64,000 nucleotides of DNA from Alphaproteobacteria bacterium (GTDB lineage: Bacteria; Pseudomonadota; Alphaproteobacteria; CALKHQ01), in contig CBDDFZ010000001.1 in assembly GCA_965227515.1 (NCBI GenBank), positions 2,368,001 to 2,432,000 of the forward strand. The letters run 5' to 3'. The notes under the pieces were generated by a model, which was not told where the DNA came from, did not search any database, and was given only the letters and a program-made list of their open reading frames with translations. The translations under genes and the position numbers were made by a program. This document shows positions 40,092 through 50,362 of this stretch, piece after piece (the stretch's first letter is position 1; each line of letters opens with the position of its first letter).

Positions 40092-41297
40092 ATGCGCGTC
40101 CTGCATGTAATCGCCTCTCTCGCGAGACACATGGGCGGACCGACCCATTCGTGCATCGGCATGGCCGAGGCCGTGGCCGCGCGCGGGCACGATGTCAGGA
40201 TCTGTACCACCGACCTCGCGCCGGCCTCCGCGGACGGGCCTGTGCCCATCGACCAACCGGTCAAGCGCAATGGCGTCACCTACTACTACTACCATTGGCC
40301 GTCCTTCACGTTCATGGCCTACGCGCCCGGCATGATTGCGGCGCTGCCGCGTCTTGTTGGCGACGTCGATGCCGTTCACATCCATTCGCTCTACCTTGCC
40401 CATTGCTGGGCCACGGCGCGCACTGCCCGTGCGCAAGGCGTGCCGTATCTGGTTCGACCTCATGGAACGCTCGATCCCTACATCTACCAGCGCCGAAGGT
40501 TTCGAAAATCCATCGTAGAGGCGCTGTTTCAAAATCGCGTTAATCGCCATGCGGCGGCGATGCATTACACCACCGAGGAGGAGATGCGGCTGGCGTCGCC
40601 CTATGTCCCGGGCACGCCGGGCGTGGTGGTGCCGCTGGGCCTCGATCCCGCGCGATACGCCTCGCCGCCGCTGAACGTCAGCCTGCGCAGCCGGTGGCCG
40701 GAGATCGGAAATCGCCCGATCCTGCTGTTTTACAGCCGCCTGAATTTCAAGAAGGGGCTGGATATCCTGATCCAGGCCTTTGCGCGCACGCTGGCCGCCG
40801 GGCACGACTGGCATCTGGTGCTGGCGGGGCCGGACCACGGCATGGAGGAAAAGGTGCGCGGTTGGGTCGCGGAAGCCGGCTTGGGCGAGCGCACCACGTT
40901 CACCGGCATGCTGGAGGGCGACATCGCGCTCGCAGCCTTGCACGAGGCTGACCTGTTCATCCTGCCGTCTCTGTCGGAGAATTTCGGCGTGTCGGTGATC
41001 GAGGCGATGGCGTGCGGCACGCCGGTGCTGATCTCCGACCGGGTCAACATCTGGCGCGAAGCCCAGGCCGACGGTGCGGCCATGGTGGCGCCGCCAACGG
41101 TTGACGATACCGAGAAGATGATGGTCGCGGCCATGACCGATCCCGCCGCGCGCGCGGCGATGGGCGAGGCCGGCCGCGCGTCGGTCAGCCGCCGCTACAC
41201 ATGGTCGAAAGTCGGCGCGAAACTTGAGAGCGTCTACGAGGAGATCATCGGCGGCCGCGCGGCCGACCCGGACTCGGTGGCCGCCGCCGTTTCCTAG
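40092..41297 (+). CDS. Glycosyltransferase family 4
   Basis: MGGP, PHG, KKGLD, ENFGVSVIEAMACG. Confidence 0.92.
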   Translation: MRVLHVIASLARHMGGPTHSCIGMAEAVAARGHDVRICTTDLAPASADGPVPIDQPVKRNGVTYYYYHWPSFTFMAYAPGMIAALPRLVGDVDAVHIHSLYLAHCWATARTARAQGVPYLVRPHGTLDPYIYQRRRFRKSIVEALFQNRVNRHAAAMHYTTEEEMRLASPYVPGTPGVVVPLGLDPARYASPPLNVSLRSRWPEIGNRPILLFYSRLNFKKGLDILIQAFARTLAAGHDWHLVLAGPDHGMEEKVRGWVAEAGLGERTTFTGMLEGDIALAALHEADLFILPSLSENFGVSVIEAMACGTPVLISDRVNIWREAQADGAAMVAPPTVDDTEKMMVAAMTDPAARAAMGEAGRASVSRRYTWSKVGAKLESVYEEIIGGRAADPDSVAAAVS

Positions 41298-41420
41298 CCT
41301 TTGCTGAGAACGCGCCGGTTCAAGGCGCGATTGCCCCGACATATCGCGATGCACGACATTCTCCTCCGCTGCTTGCCGTAAGTCGCGGCTGCGGAAGCGA
41401 AAGTTCATGGCGCCGGAAAA

Positions 41421-42149
41421 CTATTCCACGGCAGGGCACGCCGTGGTCAGGCAGGGCAGCAGGGCGTCGCGCCACAGCGCGTAGCCGGTGCCCAGCAGAT
41501 GCAGGTCGTCGTTGGAGTATTCCGGGCGCATCGCACCCTGGTCGTCGGCGAACCGGTCGTGCAGATCGAGCAGGTCGTGCCCGCCGGCCCGTGCGATCTC
41601 GCGGATAGCCGCGTTGATCTCGGCGATCCGCTCGGCGTACTGCCTGCTGCGCGGAAACAGGGTGTGCAGCACCACGCGCGCGCCGGGCAGCGCGGTCGAC
41701 AGCCGGTCCGCGATCGCCTGGATATTGGCGGTGACGGTGGCGGGCTCCAGGCCGACCCCGACATCGTTGGTGCCGATCATCACCACGATCACCTGCGGGT
41801 CGAGGTCGATCACCGGGTCCAGGCGCTGCAACAGGCCGTCGGTGGTGTCGCCGGCGATGCCGAAATTGCGGATCGAGAGGTCGGGAAACGCCTCCGCCCA
41901 GCGCCCGTGGTCGATCAGGCTGTCGCCGGCCAGCACGATGCCGCCGCGCCCGGTGTCGAGCGACGGAAACAGGCTGGCCTTCTGGTCGTACCAGGGCCCG
42001 ATGGGATCGTAGCCGGCGACCGCGCGCACGAAGCCGCCCGGCGCATAGACCGCAAGCGCGATCACCACCACCGCCGCAAGGTTCAGCAGCAGCGAGATCA
42101 ACAGGACGCGCCGCCCGAAGCGGTGCAGGAACGAGCCGTGGCGGCTCAT
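41421..42149 (-). CDS. SGNH/GDSL hydrolase with N-terminal anchor
   Basis: GDSL, NFGIAGD, GTND, DDLH. Confidence 0.88.
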   Translation of the reverse strand: MSRHGSFLHRFGRRVLLISLLLNLAAVVVIALAVYAPGGFVRAVAGYDPIGPWYDQKASLFPSLDTGRGGIVLAGDSLIDHGRWAEAFPDLSIRNFGIAGDTTDGLLQRLDPVIDLDPQVIVVMIGTNDVGVGLEPATVTANIQAIADRLSTALPGARVVLHTLFPRSRQYAERIAEINAAIREIARAGGHDLLDLHDRFADDQGAMRPEYSNDDLHLLGTGYALWRDALLPCLTTACPAVE

Positions 42150-42233
42150 GGCTGTGCCTGGGGCAATCCAATCCGCATGGCGGCATCGTATATCAAAACG
42201 CAAGCGGGGACCCGAACCCAATAGGGGGGTGTC

Positions 42234-42638
42234 ATGGGTGTTGCTATCACGCCGTTCTATGGCGGCCTGCTGGGTCTGCTGTTTGTCGGATTGGCGGCCA
42301 GGGTGATCGCCATGCGCCGCAGCGCGCACATCGGCCTCGGCGACGGCGGCGACAAGCCGCTGATGCGGCGCATACGGGTGCACGCGAATTTCGCCGAATA
42401 CGTCCCGCTGGTGCTGGTGCTGATGGCGCTGGCCGAGTTGCAAGGCTTCGGGCCCTGGGCCTTGCATATCCTGGGGGGAATGATGGTTGCCGGTCGCGCG
42501 ATCCATGCATTCGGCGTCGGCACCGAACCGGAGCGGCCGCACCTGCGCGTCATCGGCATGGCCGCGACCATGACCGCAATGGTTGTCGCCGCGCTGGCCA
42601 ACCTGCTTCTTGCCGTTTCTGGTACGACCGTCCCCTAG
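42234..42638 (+). CDS. MAPEG family membrane protein
   Basis: GDGG, RVHANFAEYVP, GRAIHA. Confidence 0.88.
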   Translation: MGVAITPFYGGLLGLLFVGLAARVIAMRRSAHIGLGDGGDKPLMRRIRVHANFAEYVPLVLVLMALAELQGFGPWALHILGGMMVAGRAIHAFGVGTEPERPHLRVIGMAATMTAMVVAALANLLLAVSGTTVP

Positions 42639-43204
42639 GGGACACTGAGATGGCGTGCGACTTCCGCCTCCACTGCATCCGCCCGCGCGGCGACGCCGGT
42701 CTTGGCGAGATGCACCAGACGGTAGCCGCGGGCCGGGTAGGCGCGGGCCAGATCGTCATACTCGGCGACCGCGTCGTCGAAACCGTGCCGGCGCTCGGCA
42801 TCGGTGGCGAACAGCTCGGGCCAGGGCGGTGCCATGAACACCGTCGTAGCGTAGCGGCAGCGTGTTGCGGCATCGCGCGTCCGCGTGTCGAGCGCCAGGC
42901 CCAGCCGCTCGGCCGCGGCCAGGGCATCGACAAGCGACCGGTCGAAGAACGCCGGGCCGGGGCTGGCACCCATCTCGGCGTGCGCCGCCATGCCGCGTGC
43001 GATGCAGAGCTCGATGAACCGGTGCATGTTCTGCCATGGCAGGCCGTCACCGCCGCGCGCCTGCTCGTCGCGCACGATCTGGCGGCCCGGCTCCGGCACC
43101 GTCGCGTGGCCGCGCCGCGCCAGTTCGGCCAGCAATGTCGACTTGCCGCCGCCGGAGCAGCCGGAGATGACGAACAGGTGGCGCGTCGGGTCCTCAGTCA
43201 CCAT
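42635..43204 (-). CDS. AAA-family P-loop protein (AAA_28-like)
   Basis: SGCSGGGKST, EPGR, FFDR, PPWPE...ERRH. Confidence 0.85.
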   Translation of the reverse strand: MVTEDPTRHLFVISGCSGGGKSTLLAELARRGHATVPEPGRQIVRDEQARGGDGLPWQNMHRFIELCIARGMAAHAEMGASPGPAFFDRSLVDALAAAERLGLALDTRTRDAATRCRYATTVFMAPPWPELFATDAERRHGFDDAVAEYDDLARAYPARGYRLVHLAKTGVAARADAVEAEVARHLSVP

Positions 43205-43324
43205 CGGCGTCCGCACAATTGATTCCAACCGCCATAATTTTGCCTTGGCACGGGCCAACAGCTGCCCGGGAGGCACCTAGATAGGCAGGGAAGGAGTGCG
43301 ACAGGATTGCAAAGGGTGGGTGAC

Positions 43325-44716
43325 ATGAGCGCTGCAGAGATGACGATGCCATTGGTGCCGCCTTTCGTGCCGCCGGCGCGCAAGCGGGTGCCATTCCCCG
43401 GCAACATCCTGATGTTGCGCGACAACATGCTGGCGACCCTGCCGGAGGCGATCTACCGCGAGCCGATGGTCGAGACGTTCGGCCCGCCCCGTGTCATCCA
43501 TATCGCCGATCCCGCCCTGGTCAAGGAAGTGCTGCTGGACCGCGCCGACGAGTTCCGCAAGGACAACGTTATGCGCCACTTCTTCCGCGACCTGCTGGGC
43601 AACGGCATCTTCACCGCCGAGGGCCAGGACTGGCGCTGGCAGCGCCGCACGGCAGCCCCGCTGTTCCGTCATGGCGAACTGCTGCGCTACGTGCCGACCA
43701 TGTCCGACGCCGCCGACGCGGTGATCGCGAAATGGCGGGCGGCGCCCGAGGGCGCGGTCCACGCCATCGACGGCGACATGATGCAGGCCACCTATCACGT
43801 CATCTCGAACACCATTCTGGCCGGCGGCGGGTCCGGGGTCGGCGAGGCCATCCTGGAGGGCCGCGACGACTACATCGACGGCGTCAACTGGTGGCTGATC
43901 TATTCGCTGTTTCGCATGCCGCATTGGATGCCGCGCCCAGGCGGTAGGCGCATGCGCGCCCAGGAGGCACGGCTGCGCGCGTCCGTGACCGCACTGATCC
44001 GCGACCGCCGCGCCGCCGTGGCCGAAGGGCGCCAGGACGACCGCGACGACATCTTCACCCGCATGCTCACCGCGACCGATCCCGAGACCGGCCAGGCGAT
44101 GTCGGAGAGCCAGTTGGTCGACAACCTGCTGACCTTCCTGCTTGCCGGCTACGAGACCACCGCGACCAGCCTGACCTGGACGCTCTATCTGCTGTCGAAG
44201 TCGCCGGAGTGGGCGGAACGCGCCTATCGCGAGGTGATGGAGGTGGCGCCGTCCGGCCCGATCGGTGCCGGGGATGTCGAGCGCCTGGTCGTGGTGCAGC
44301 AGGTGCTGAAAGAGGCGATGCGGCTGTTCCCGGCTGCTGCCATGATGCAGCGCTGTGCCCAGCACAACACGCGGCTGGGCGACGTGCCGGTGAAGCGCGG
44401 CACCCTGATCTCGGTCCCGGTGTATGCCATTCACCGCCATCGCCGGCTGTGGTCCGACCCGGATACGTTCGATCCGTCGCGCTTCGCGCCGGAGCAGGCG
44501 GCCCACCACGCGCGCTACCAGTTCATGCCCTTCGGGGCCGGGCCGCGGGTGTGCATCGGCGGCGCGTTCGCGATGATCGAGGCGACGGTCATTCTGGCGC
44601 AGCTGATCCGCGCGGCGGAATTTTCCTGCCCGCCCGGCTTCGAGCCCGAGCCGGTGGCCCGCATCACGCTGGCGCCACGCAACGGCATGCCGCTGCACGT
44701 CACAATGCGCGACTGA
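43325..44716 (+). CDS. Cytochrome P450
   Basis: AGYETT, EAMR, FDPSRF, FGAGPRVCIG. Confidence 0.95.
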   Translation: MSAAEMTMPLVPPFVPPARKRVPFPGNILMLRDNMLATLPEAIYREPMVETFGPPRVIHIADPALVKEVLLDRADEFRKDNVMRHFFRDLLGNGIFTAEGQDWRWQRRTAAPLFRHGELLRYVPTMSDAADAVIAKWRAAPEGAVHAIDGDMMQATYHVISNTILAGGGSGVGEAILEGRDDYIDGVNWWLIYSLFRMPHWMPRPGGRRMRAQEARLRASVTALIRDRRAAVAEGRQDDRDDIFTRMLTATDPETGQAMSESQLVDNLLTFLLAGYETTATSLTWTLYLLSKSPEWAERAYREVMEVAPSGPIGAGDVERLVVVQQVLKEAMRLFPAAAMMQRCAQHNTRLGDVPVKRGTLISVPVYAIHRHRRLWSDPDTFDPSRFAPEQAAHHARYQFMPFGAGPRVCIGGAFAMIEATVILAQLIRAAEFSCPPGFEPEPVARITLAPRNGMPLHVTMRD

Positions 44717-44739
44717 GCATGATCAGCTTGCGCCGATCT

Positions 44740-44882
44740 TGAAACGAGCCGTTTCGGCTCATCTTCCAAAGGTCTCTGAAAGAGCCGCCGCCGCGCCATG
44801 GAGGCAGAGGGGAAGAGGGAACAAGCGCAGCGGCGGCGAGTGCGTGCTGCATCCGGCAATAGATGAGCTCGCACGTATTATA
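44740..44882 (-). ncRNA. Candidate sRNA with CU-rich loop
   Basis: Minus strand TATAAT (44882-44877) followed by three hairpins; the middle loop is UUCCCUCUUCCCCUCUGCCUCC. Confidence 0.35.
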
Positions 44883-44973
44883 TGTGGTCGATTGGCCCCG
44901 AATACTTGCCGCGCGCAGTCAACATGCCGTGATGGGCGGTGAGAACGGCGCCGGTGCTTGCAAACGGGGACAA

Positions 44974-45102
44974 CTAGATCGGGATCAGCTTGCGCTGAAT
45001 CTGCGCCAGCCCTCTCCCCCACCCGGCCACCCAGAAGGATACTGTAGTTGGGCGGCCGGGTGGGGGAGAGGGCCGGTGCCGACTTAAATGATCATGCTCT
45101 AG
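44974..45102. mobile_element. CTAG-bounded MITE-like element, copy 2
   Basis: Near-identical to 27830-27958; the terminal CTAG is the stop of ORF 45099-45320. Confidence 0.85.
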
Positions 45103-45320
45103 CGAATATCGGGCGGGCCAGACTGGTTGCGGTGCGCGATCCAGCGCACGACTGGCACGGCGATCAGCCAGCCGATCAGCGGCACGATGAAGATGTAGTC
45201 GAACATCGGGTCCGCAGGGTCGCCGCCGCTCATCACCAGCACCGCGACCATCCATGCGGCGGTCAGGCCATAGCCGATCCCGCGCCAGACATATCCGTCG
45301 CGCCAGTTCATGTCTGCCAA
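45099..45320 (-). CDS. Small 2-TM membrane protein
   Basis: MNWRDGYVWRGIGYGLTAAWMV...FDYIFIVPLIGW. Confidence 0.6.
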   Translation of the reverse strand: MADMNWRDGYVWRGIGYGLTAAWMVAVLVMSGGDPADPMFDYIFIVPLIGWLIAVPVVRWIAHRNQSGPPDIR

Positions 45321-45351
45321 TGCGTGCTGGAAATCCGCATCGATCGCGTGC

Positions 45352-45519
45352 TCACCCTTCGAAGACGATCAGGCCGATCGCGATGACAACCGCGATGGCC
45401 AGCCAGATCATCAAGTGCCGGCGCGAGCCCGGCGGAAACCCGCGCCTGGCATAGAGGGCCGAGAACGCCACCAGCAAGACCACGCCGCTGATCAGTCCGA
45501 TGATCTGGTAGTCGCTCAT
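45352..45519 (-). CDS. 55-aa 2-TM microprotein, absent from the ORF track
   Basis: MSDYQIIGLISGVVLLVAFSALYARRGFPPGSRRHLMIWLAIAVVIAIGLIVFEG*; GC-rich third positions. Confidence 0.6.
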   Translation of the reverse strand: MSDYQIIGLISGVVLLVAFSALYARRGFPPGSRRHLMIWLAIAVVIAIGLIVFEG

Positions 45520-45575
45520 TCGCTCGCGTCGGATTGCCGTGTCGAAATCGCCCGAACCTTACCTCGAACAAAGGA

Positions 45576-45705
45576 CTAGAGCATCTTTCGTTCAATCTGC
45601 ACCGGCCCGCACCCCCACCCGGCCACCCAGACAGGATACTATCGTTGGGTGGCCGGGTGGGGGTGCGGGCTGGCGCCGACTCAGCGTGAGCAAAAAACTG
45701 GCTAA
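45576..45705. mobile_element. Divergent CTAG-bounded MITE-like element, copy 5
   Basis: CTAGAGCAT...CCCGCACCCCCACCCGGCC...GGCCGGGTGGGGGTGCGGG...CTAA. Confidence 0.75.
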
Positions 45706-45802
45706 ACGGCGATTAACCAATTTTTTCAGCCTCATGCGCCAGAATGTCATTGCATCGGTCGGAATGCGACCGGAAACGATCTTAAGGCAAACGCACCAAC
45801 TT

Positions 45803-46963
45803 ATGTCGGCAGTTCCTGTCCAAGCGCCGCCAAAGGACGACGCATCGTCCTCGGGAAGCAACGCCAAGTTCGATATGTTTGCCCCGCAAACGTTCGACGA
45901 CCGTGGGCTGGCGATCCCGTTTACCACGCCCAAGCTGTCGCTGGCGCGGGTGCGGCGCAATCGTCGCGATGTCCAGGAATTGCTGATCCCATATTTCGCG
46001 GACGCGCCGGGCACCTATGTCGTGCCGTGGTCGACCCTGCCCGAGATGATGTCGCTGACGCTGCACGACCGGCAGTTGCACGAGGAGCTGTCCAAGCTGG
46101 ACGCATTTACCCCCAATGGCGTGCGGTGGGTCTGCCTCAAAGTGGGCGCGCAGGGGCTGGCCGGCCCGGACGTGGCGGAGAGCTGCCGGCGCCGGCTGGC
46201 GTCGGAGGCTGGCCAGCAGCTTGTCGCCAACTACAGCCTGATCCAGCGCGTGTACGAGCACGTCGGCTTCGATGCGACCCAGTTGACGCCGCAGTCGCTG
46301 CAGACCGATTGGGGGCGCAAGCAGACCAAGAGCGCCTTCGAGGCGATGGCCAAGAAGCTGCACACGACGCCGGATGCGCTGTACGCGAACCTGTCCGAGC
46401 AGAGTACGGTGCTGGCCCAGGTCGGCCTTGCCGAAGCTGCGCAGCCCGGGCGCTTGCGCCAGGTGGCTGCGGACGTGACCGGCTTTGCATCGTCGGTTTG
46501 GGGCTGGGTCGCCCAGACGGTGGACGAGCGCCGCTACCTGGGGAAGATCGTCGGCGGTGTCGCCGAGCAAACCGCTGCGGTGGCCGACGGGTTGCTGGGC
46601 GAAATCGACGTGCTGCTGGCCGACATCGGGCAGTTGATGTCGAACTGGGCGGCGAATTCGCGCGCGCTCGAGGAGCGGATCGACCGCCTGTGCTGGCTGC
46701 TGGACTGCTGGGACATGCTGGTGGTCATCTGGCGGACGGCGGCTGACGGCCAGGAAGTGGACCGTGCCCTGGCCGTGGAGGAGATTCACCGCGCCCTGCC
46801 AGCCGTGCCGCGCCGCGAGCTGGAGCGCCTGCCGCGCACCATCCAGGCGAAGGGCGAGCGGCGGTACGAGCGGCGCATCTATCCGTGCAAGGACAGTCGC
46901 TATGCCTCGCCCGAGTTGGAGGCGAAACGGCGCATCGAGACCGCGAAGGCTGGGCAATCATGA
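45803..46963 (+). CDS. Hypothetical protein (~386 aa)
   Basis: Long ORF with coding-like codon use; the upstream in-frame extension runs through the repeat, so start placed at ATG 45803. Confidence 0.75.
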   Translation: MSAVPVQAPPKDDASSSGSNAKFDMFAPQTFDDRGLAIPFTTPKLSLARVRRNRRDVQELLIPYFADAPGTYVVPWSTLPEMMSLTLHDRQLHEELSKLDAFTPNGVRWVCLKVGAQGLAGPDVAESCRRRLASEAGQQLVANYSLIQRVYEHVGFDATQLTPQSLQTDWGRKQTKSAFEAMAKKLHTTPDALYANLSEQSTVLAQVGLAEAAQPGRLRQVAADVTGFASSVWGWVAQTVDERRYLGKIVGGVAEQTAAVADGLLGEIDVLLADIGQLMSNWAANSRALEERIDRLCWLLDCWDMLVVIWRTAADGQEVDRALAVEEIHRALPAVPRRELERLPRTIQAKGERRYERRIYPCKDSRYASPELEAKRRIETAKAGQS

Positions 46964-48270
46964 CAAGTCCCAAGGCAATCCTGACGCTGTTGGAGGGCCG
47001 GGTCGGCCAGTTGGAAGATCGCGTCATCGTTGAAGTCAGCCACCTGCTGGAGCACGGCGGCGACGACCAGGACGCGCTGCGCGGCCGGTCGATCATCCGC
47101 CCCCGCCTGCGCCGGCTGCGCCCCCGCCGGTCGATCCTGCCGCGCCGCCTGTTCTGCCTGCCGTTCCAGGGCCTGCTGCGCGACACGCCGGAACACTGCA
47201 CGATGGCGGCACACATTGCGCGCAAACACGTGGCGCCGGCCTGGGAGGCGATTGCCGAGGCGCTGGGCCAGCAGCGGTTGACCGCCATCCAGGAGAAGAT
47301 CGCCGAGCAACCGGGAGCCGACACCAACAAGCTGCGCGAGATTGGCGAGCCCCTGTGGGAGGCAGCGGATCAGGCGATCGACAAGGCCATTCCGACCGTT
47401 TCCGATCCAGCGGTCCGCGCGGCCATGAGCACGATGCGCGCCGCCGTGCGCATGCGGCAGAAGATTTGGCGTGTGATGGAAGACCTGCCGGGCCCGGCCA
47501 TGACCGAGCTGGAAGACCGCCAGATCACCATCGCCTGCAATATGTTGGAGGCCGCGCTGAGGGTGGGCCCGAACGAGGCCTATGTCGTCGGCACGGTGAT
47601 CGCCATGCGATTGAGCCCGCCGTCGCGCCTGATGGGCGTGATGACGGCTGGTGGTCTGGGCATGAGCGATCCGCGCTCGCGCGCCGTGCTGGAGCGCTTC
47701 GCGGCCGACTTCAACGCCGATTTGTGCCAGGGGATTGCCAGCTATGCCGAGCGGGCGGCCAGTGCGACGCCCGACGCGATGGTCAGCGAGTTGAAGTCGC
47801 TGACCGACGGTCTCGCCGCCATGAAAGGCTTCGCCAAGCGGCTGGAGGACGACAAGGTGCGCGAGAGCGTCGCCGAGGCGCTGGATAATGCGCGCAAGGT
47901 CGGCGGCGACACGGTGCTGCCGCGGCTGACCGGCGGCGTGGTCGACAGCATCGGCCAGGTGCTGGGCAATGTCGCCAATGATGGCGACGACCTGACCCAT
48001 GCCCGTGCGGTGGAAGAGAACATCATCGCCCTGCAGCAGTGCCATGGCTGGGCCGGGCACCTGGACATGGTCGACAAGGTGGAGGCGGCCAGCGCCGAAC
48101 TGCTGGCCGGCGTCACCGCCCAGGCCGAGGATCTGCTCGGTCGTGCGTCGTCCGGCGACCTCACTGTGCGCCGTCAGTTGATGTCGCTGGCCCGCTACGT
48201 TGAGTTTCTCGGCGGCTCCGAACTGGCCAACTCGACCTTGAGCGGCTGGCTCAGCCGGGTCGCGGCGTAG
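46960..48270 (+). CDS. Hypothetical helical protein (~436 aa)
   Basis: ATGA overlap with the preceding gene; RPRLRRLRPRR...RLFCLPF motif. Confidence 0.75.
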   Translation: MTSPKAILTLLEGRVGQLEDRVIVEVSHLLEHGGDDQDALRGRSIIRPRLRRLRPRRSILPRRLFCLPFQGLLRDTPEHCTMAAHIARKHVAPAWEAIAEALGQQRLTAIQEKIAEQPGADTNKLREIGEPLWEAADQAIDKAIPTVSDPAVRAAMSTMRAAVRMRQKIWRVMEDLPGPAMTELEDRQITIACNMLEAALRVGPNEAYVVGTVIAMRLSPPSRLMGVMTAGGLGMSDPRSRAVLERFAADFNADLCQGIASYAERAASATPDAMVSELKSLTDGLAAMKGFAKRLEDDKVRESVAEALDNARKVGGDTVLPRLTGGVVDSIGQVLGNVANDGDDLTHARAVEENIIALQQCHGWAGHLDMVDKVEAASAELLAGVTAQAEDLLGRASSGDLTVRRQLMSLARYVEFLGGSELANSTLSGWLSRVAA

Positions 48271-48369
48271 TGCCTGACGGGACGGATCCCACCCAGCCCC
48301 ACCTCAGGTCTCGTCCTCCCCACCCAGTCCTTTAGGACCTGGGCATCCAAAATCGCTTAGATATCTTCG

Positions 48370-48384
48370 TGGCAAACTTTGCCA
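48370..48384. promoter_or_regulatory. Putative ParD operator
   Basis: TGGCAAA-C-TTTGCCA perfect inverted repeat about 33 nt upstream of parD. Confidence 0.55.
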
Positions 48385-48417
48385 TATCGCGTTATCTTGC
48401 CTTTCGGAGGTGAGACG

Positions 48418-48662
48418 ATGGCCACAATGAACGTATCGCTGCCAGACGCAATGAAGGATTGGGTTGAGCGGCAGAGCAAAGGCGGGCGCTACAGCAACTC
48501 AAGCGACTATGTGCGCGACCTGATCCGACGTGACCGCGACCGCGTCGAAAAAATTGCCCGCATGCAGCAACTCGTGACAGAGGGTTTGAACAGCGGCGTC
48601 GGCGACCGCACCATGGAAGAGTTGCGGACTGACGCCCGGGCACAATTTGAGCAGTCTGGTAC

Positions 48663-48666
<4 letters not shown>
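48418..48666 (+). CDS. parD: ParD family RHH antitoxin
   Basis: MATMNVSLP...GRYSNSSDYVRDLIRRD...EGLNSG; GGAGG SD. Confidence 0.92.
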
Positions 48667-50283
<1,617 letters not shown>

Positions 50284-50362
50284 TCAACGCGATATGGCCG
50301 GTGCGGCGGCTCGACGGAGGGAGCAACGGGTGCGTCGTTCGCTACGGACCATGGAGGAAAGT

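Noticed and set aside
45539-45802. N-terminal extension implying the repeat is translated within the 474-aa ORF
   Set aside because: The frame is open through the element but has no convincing SD; a start at 45803 or later is simpler
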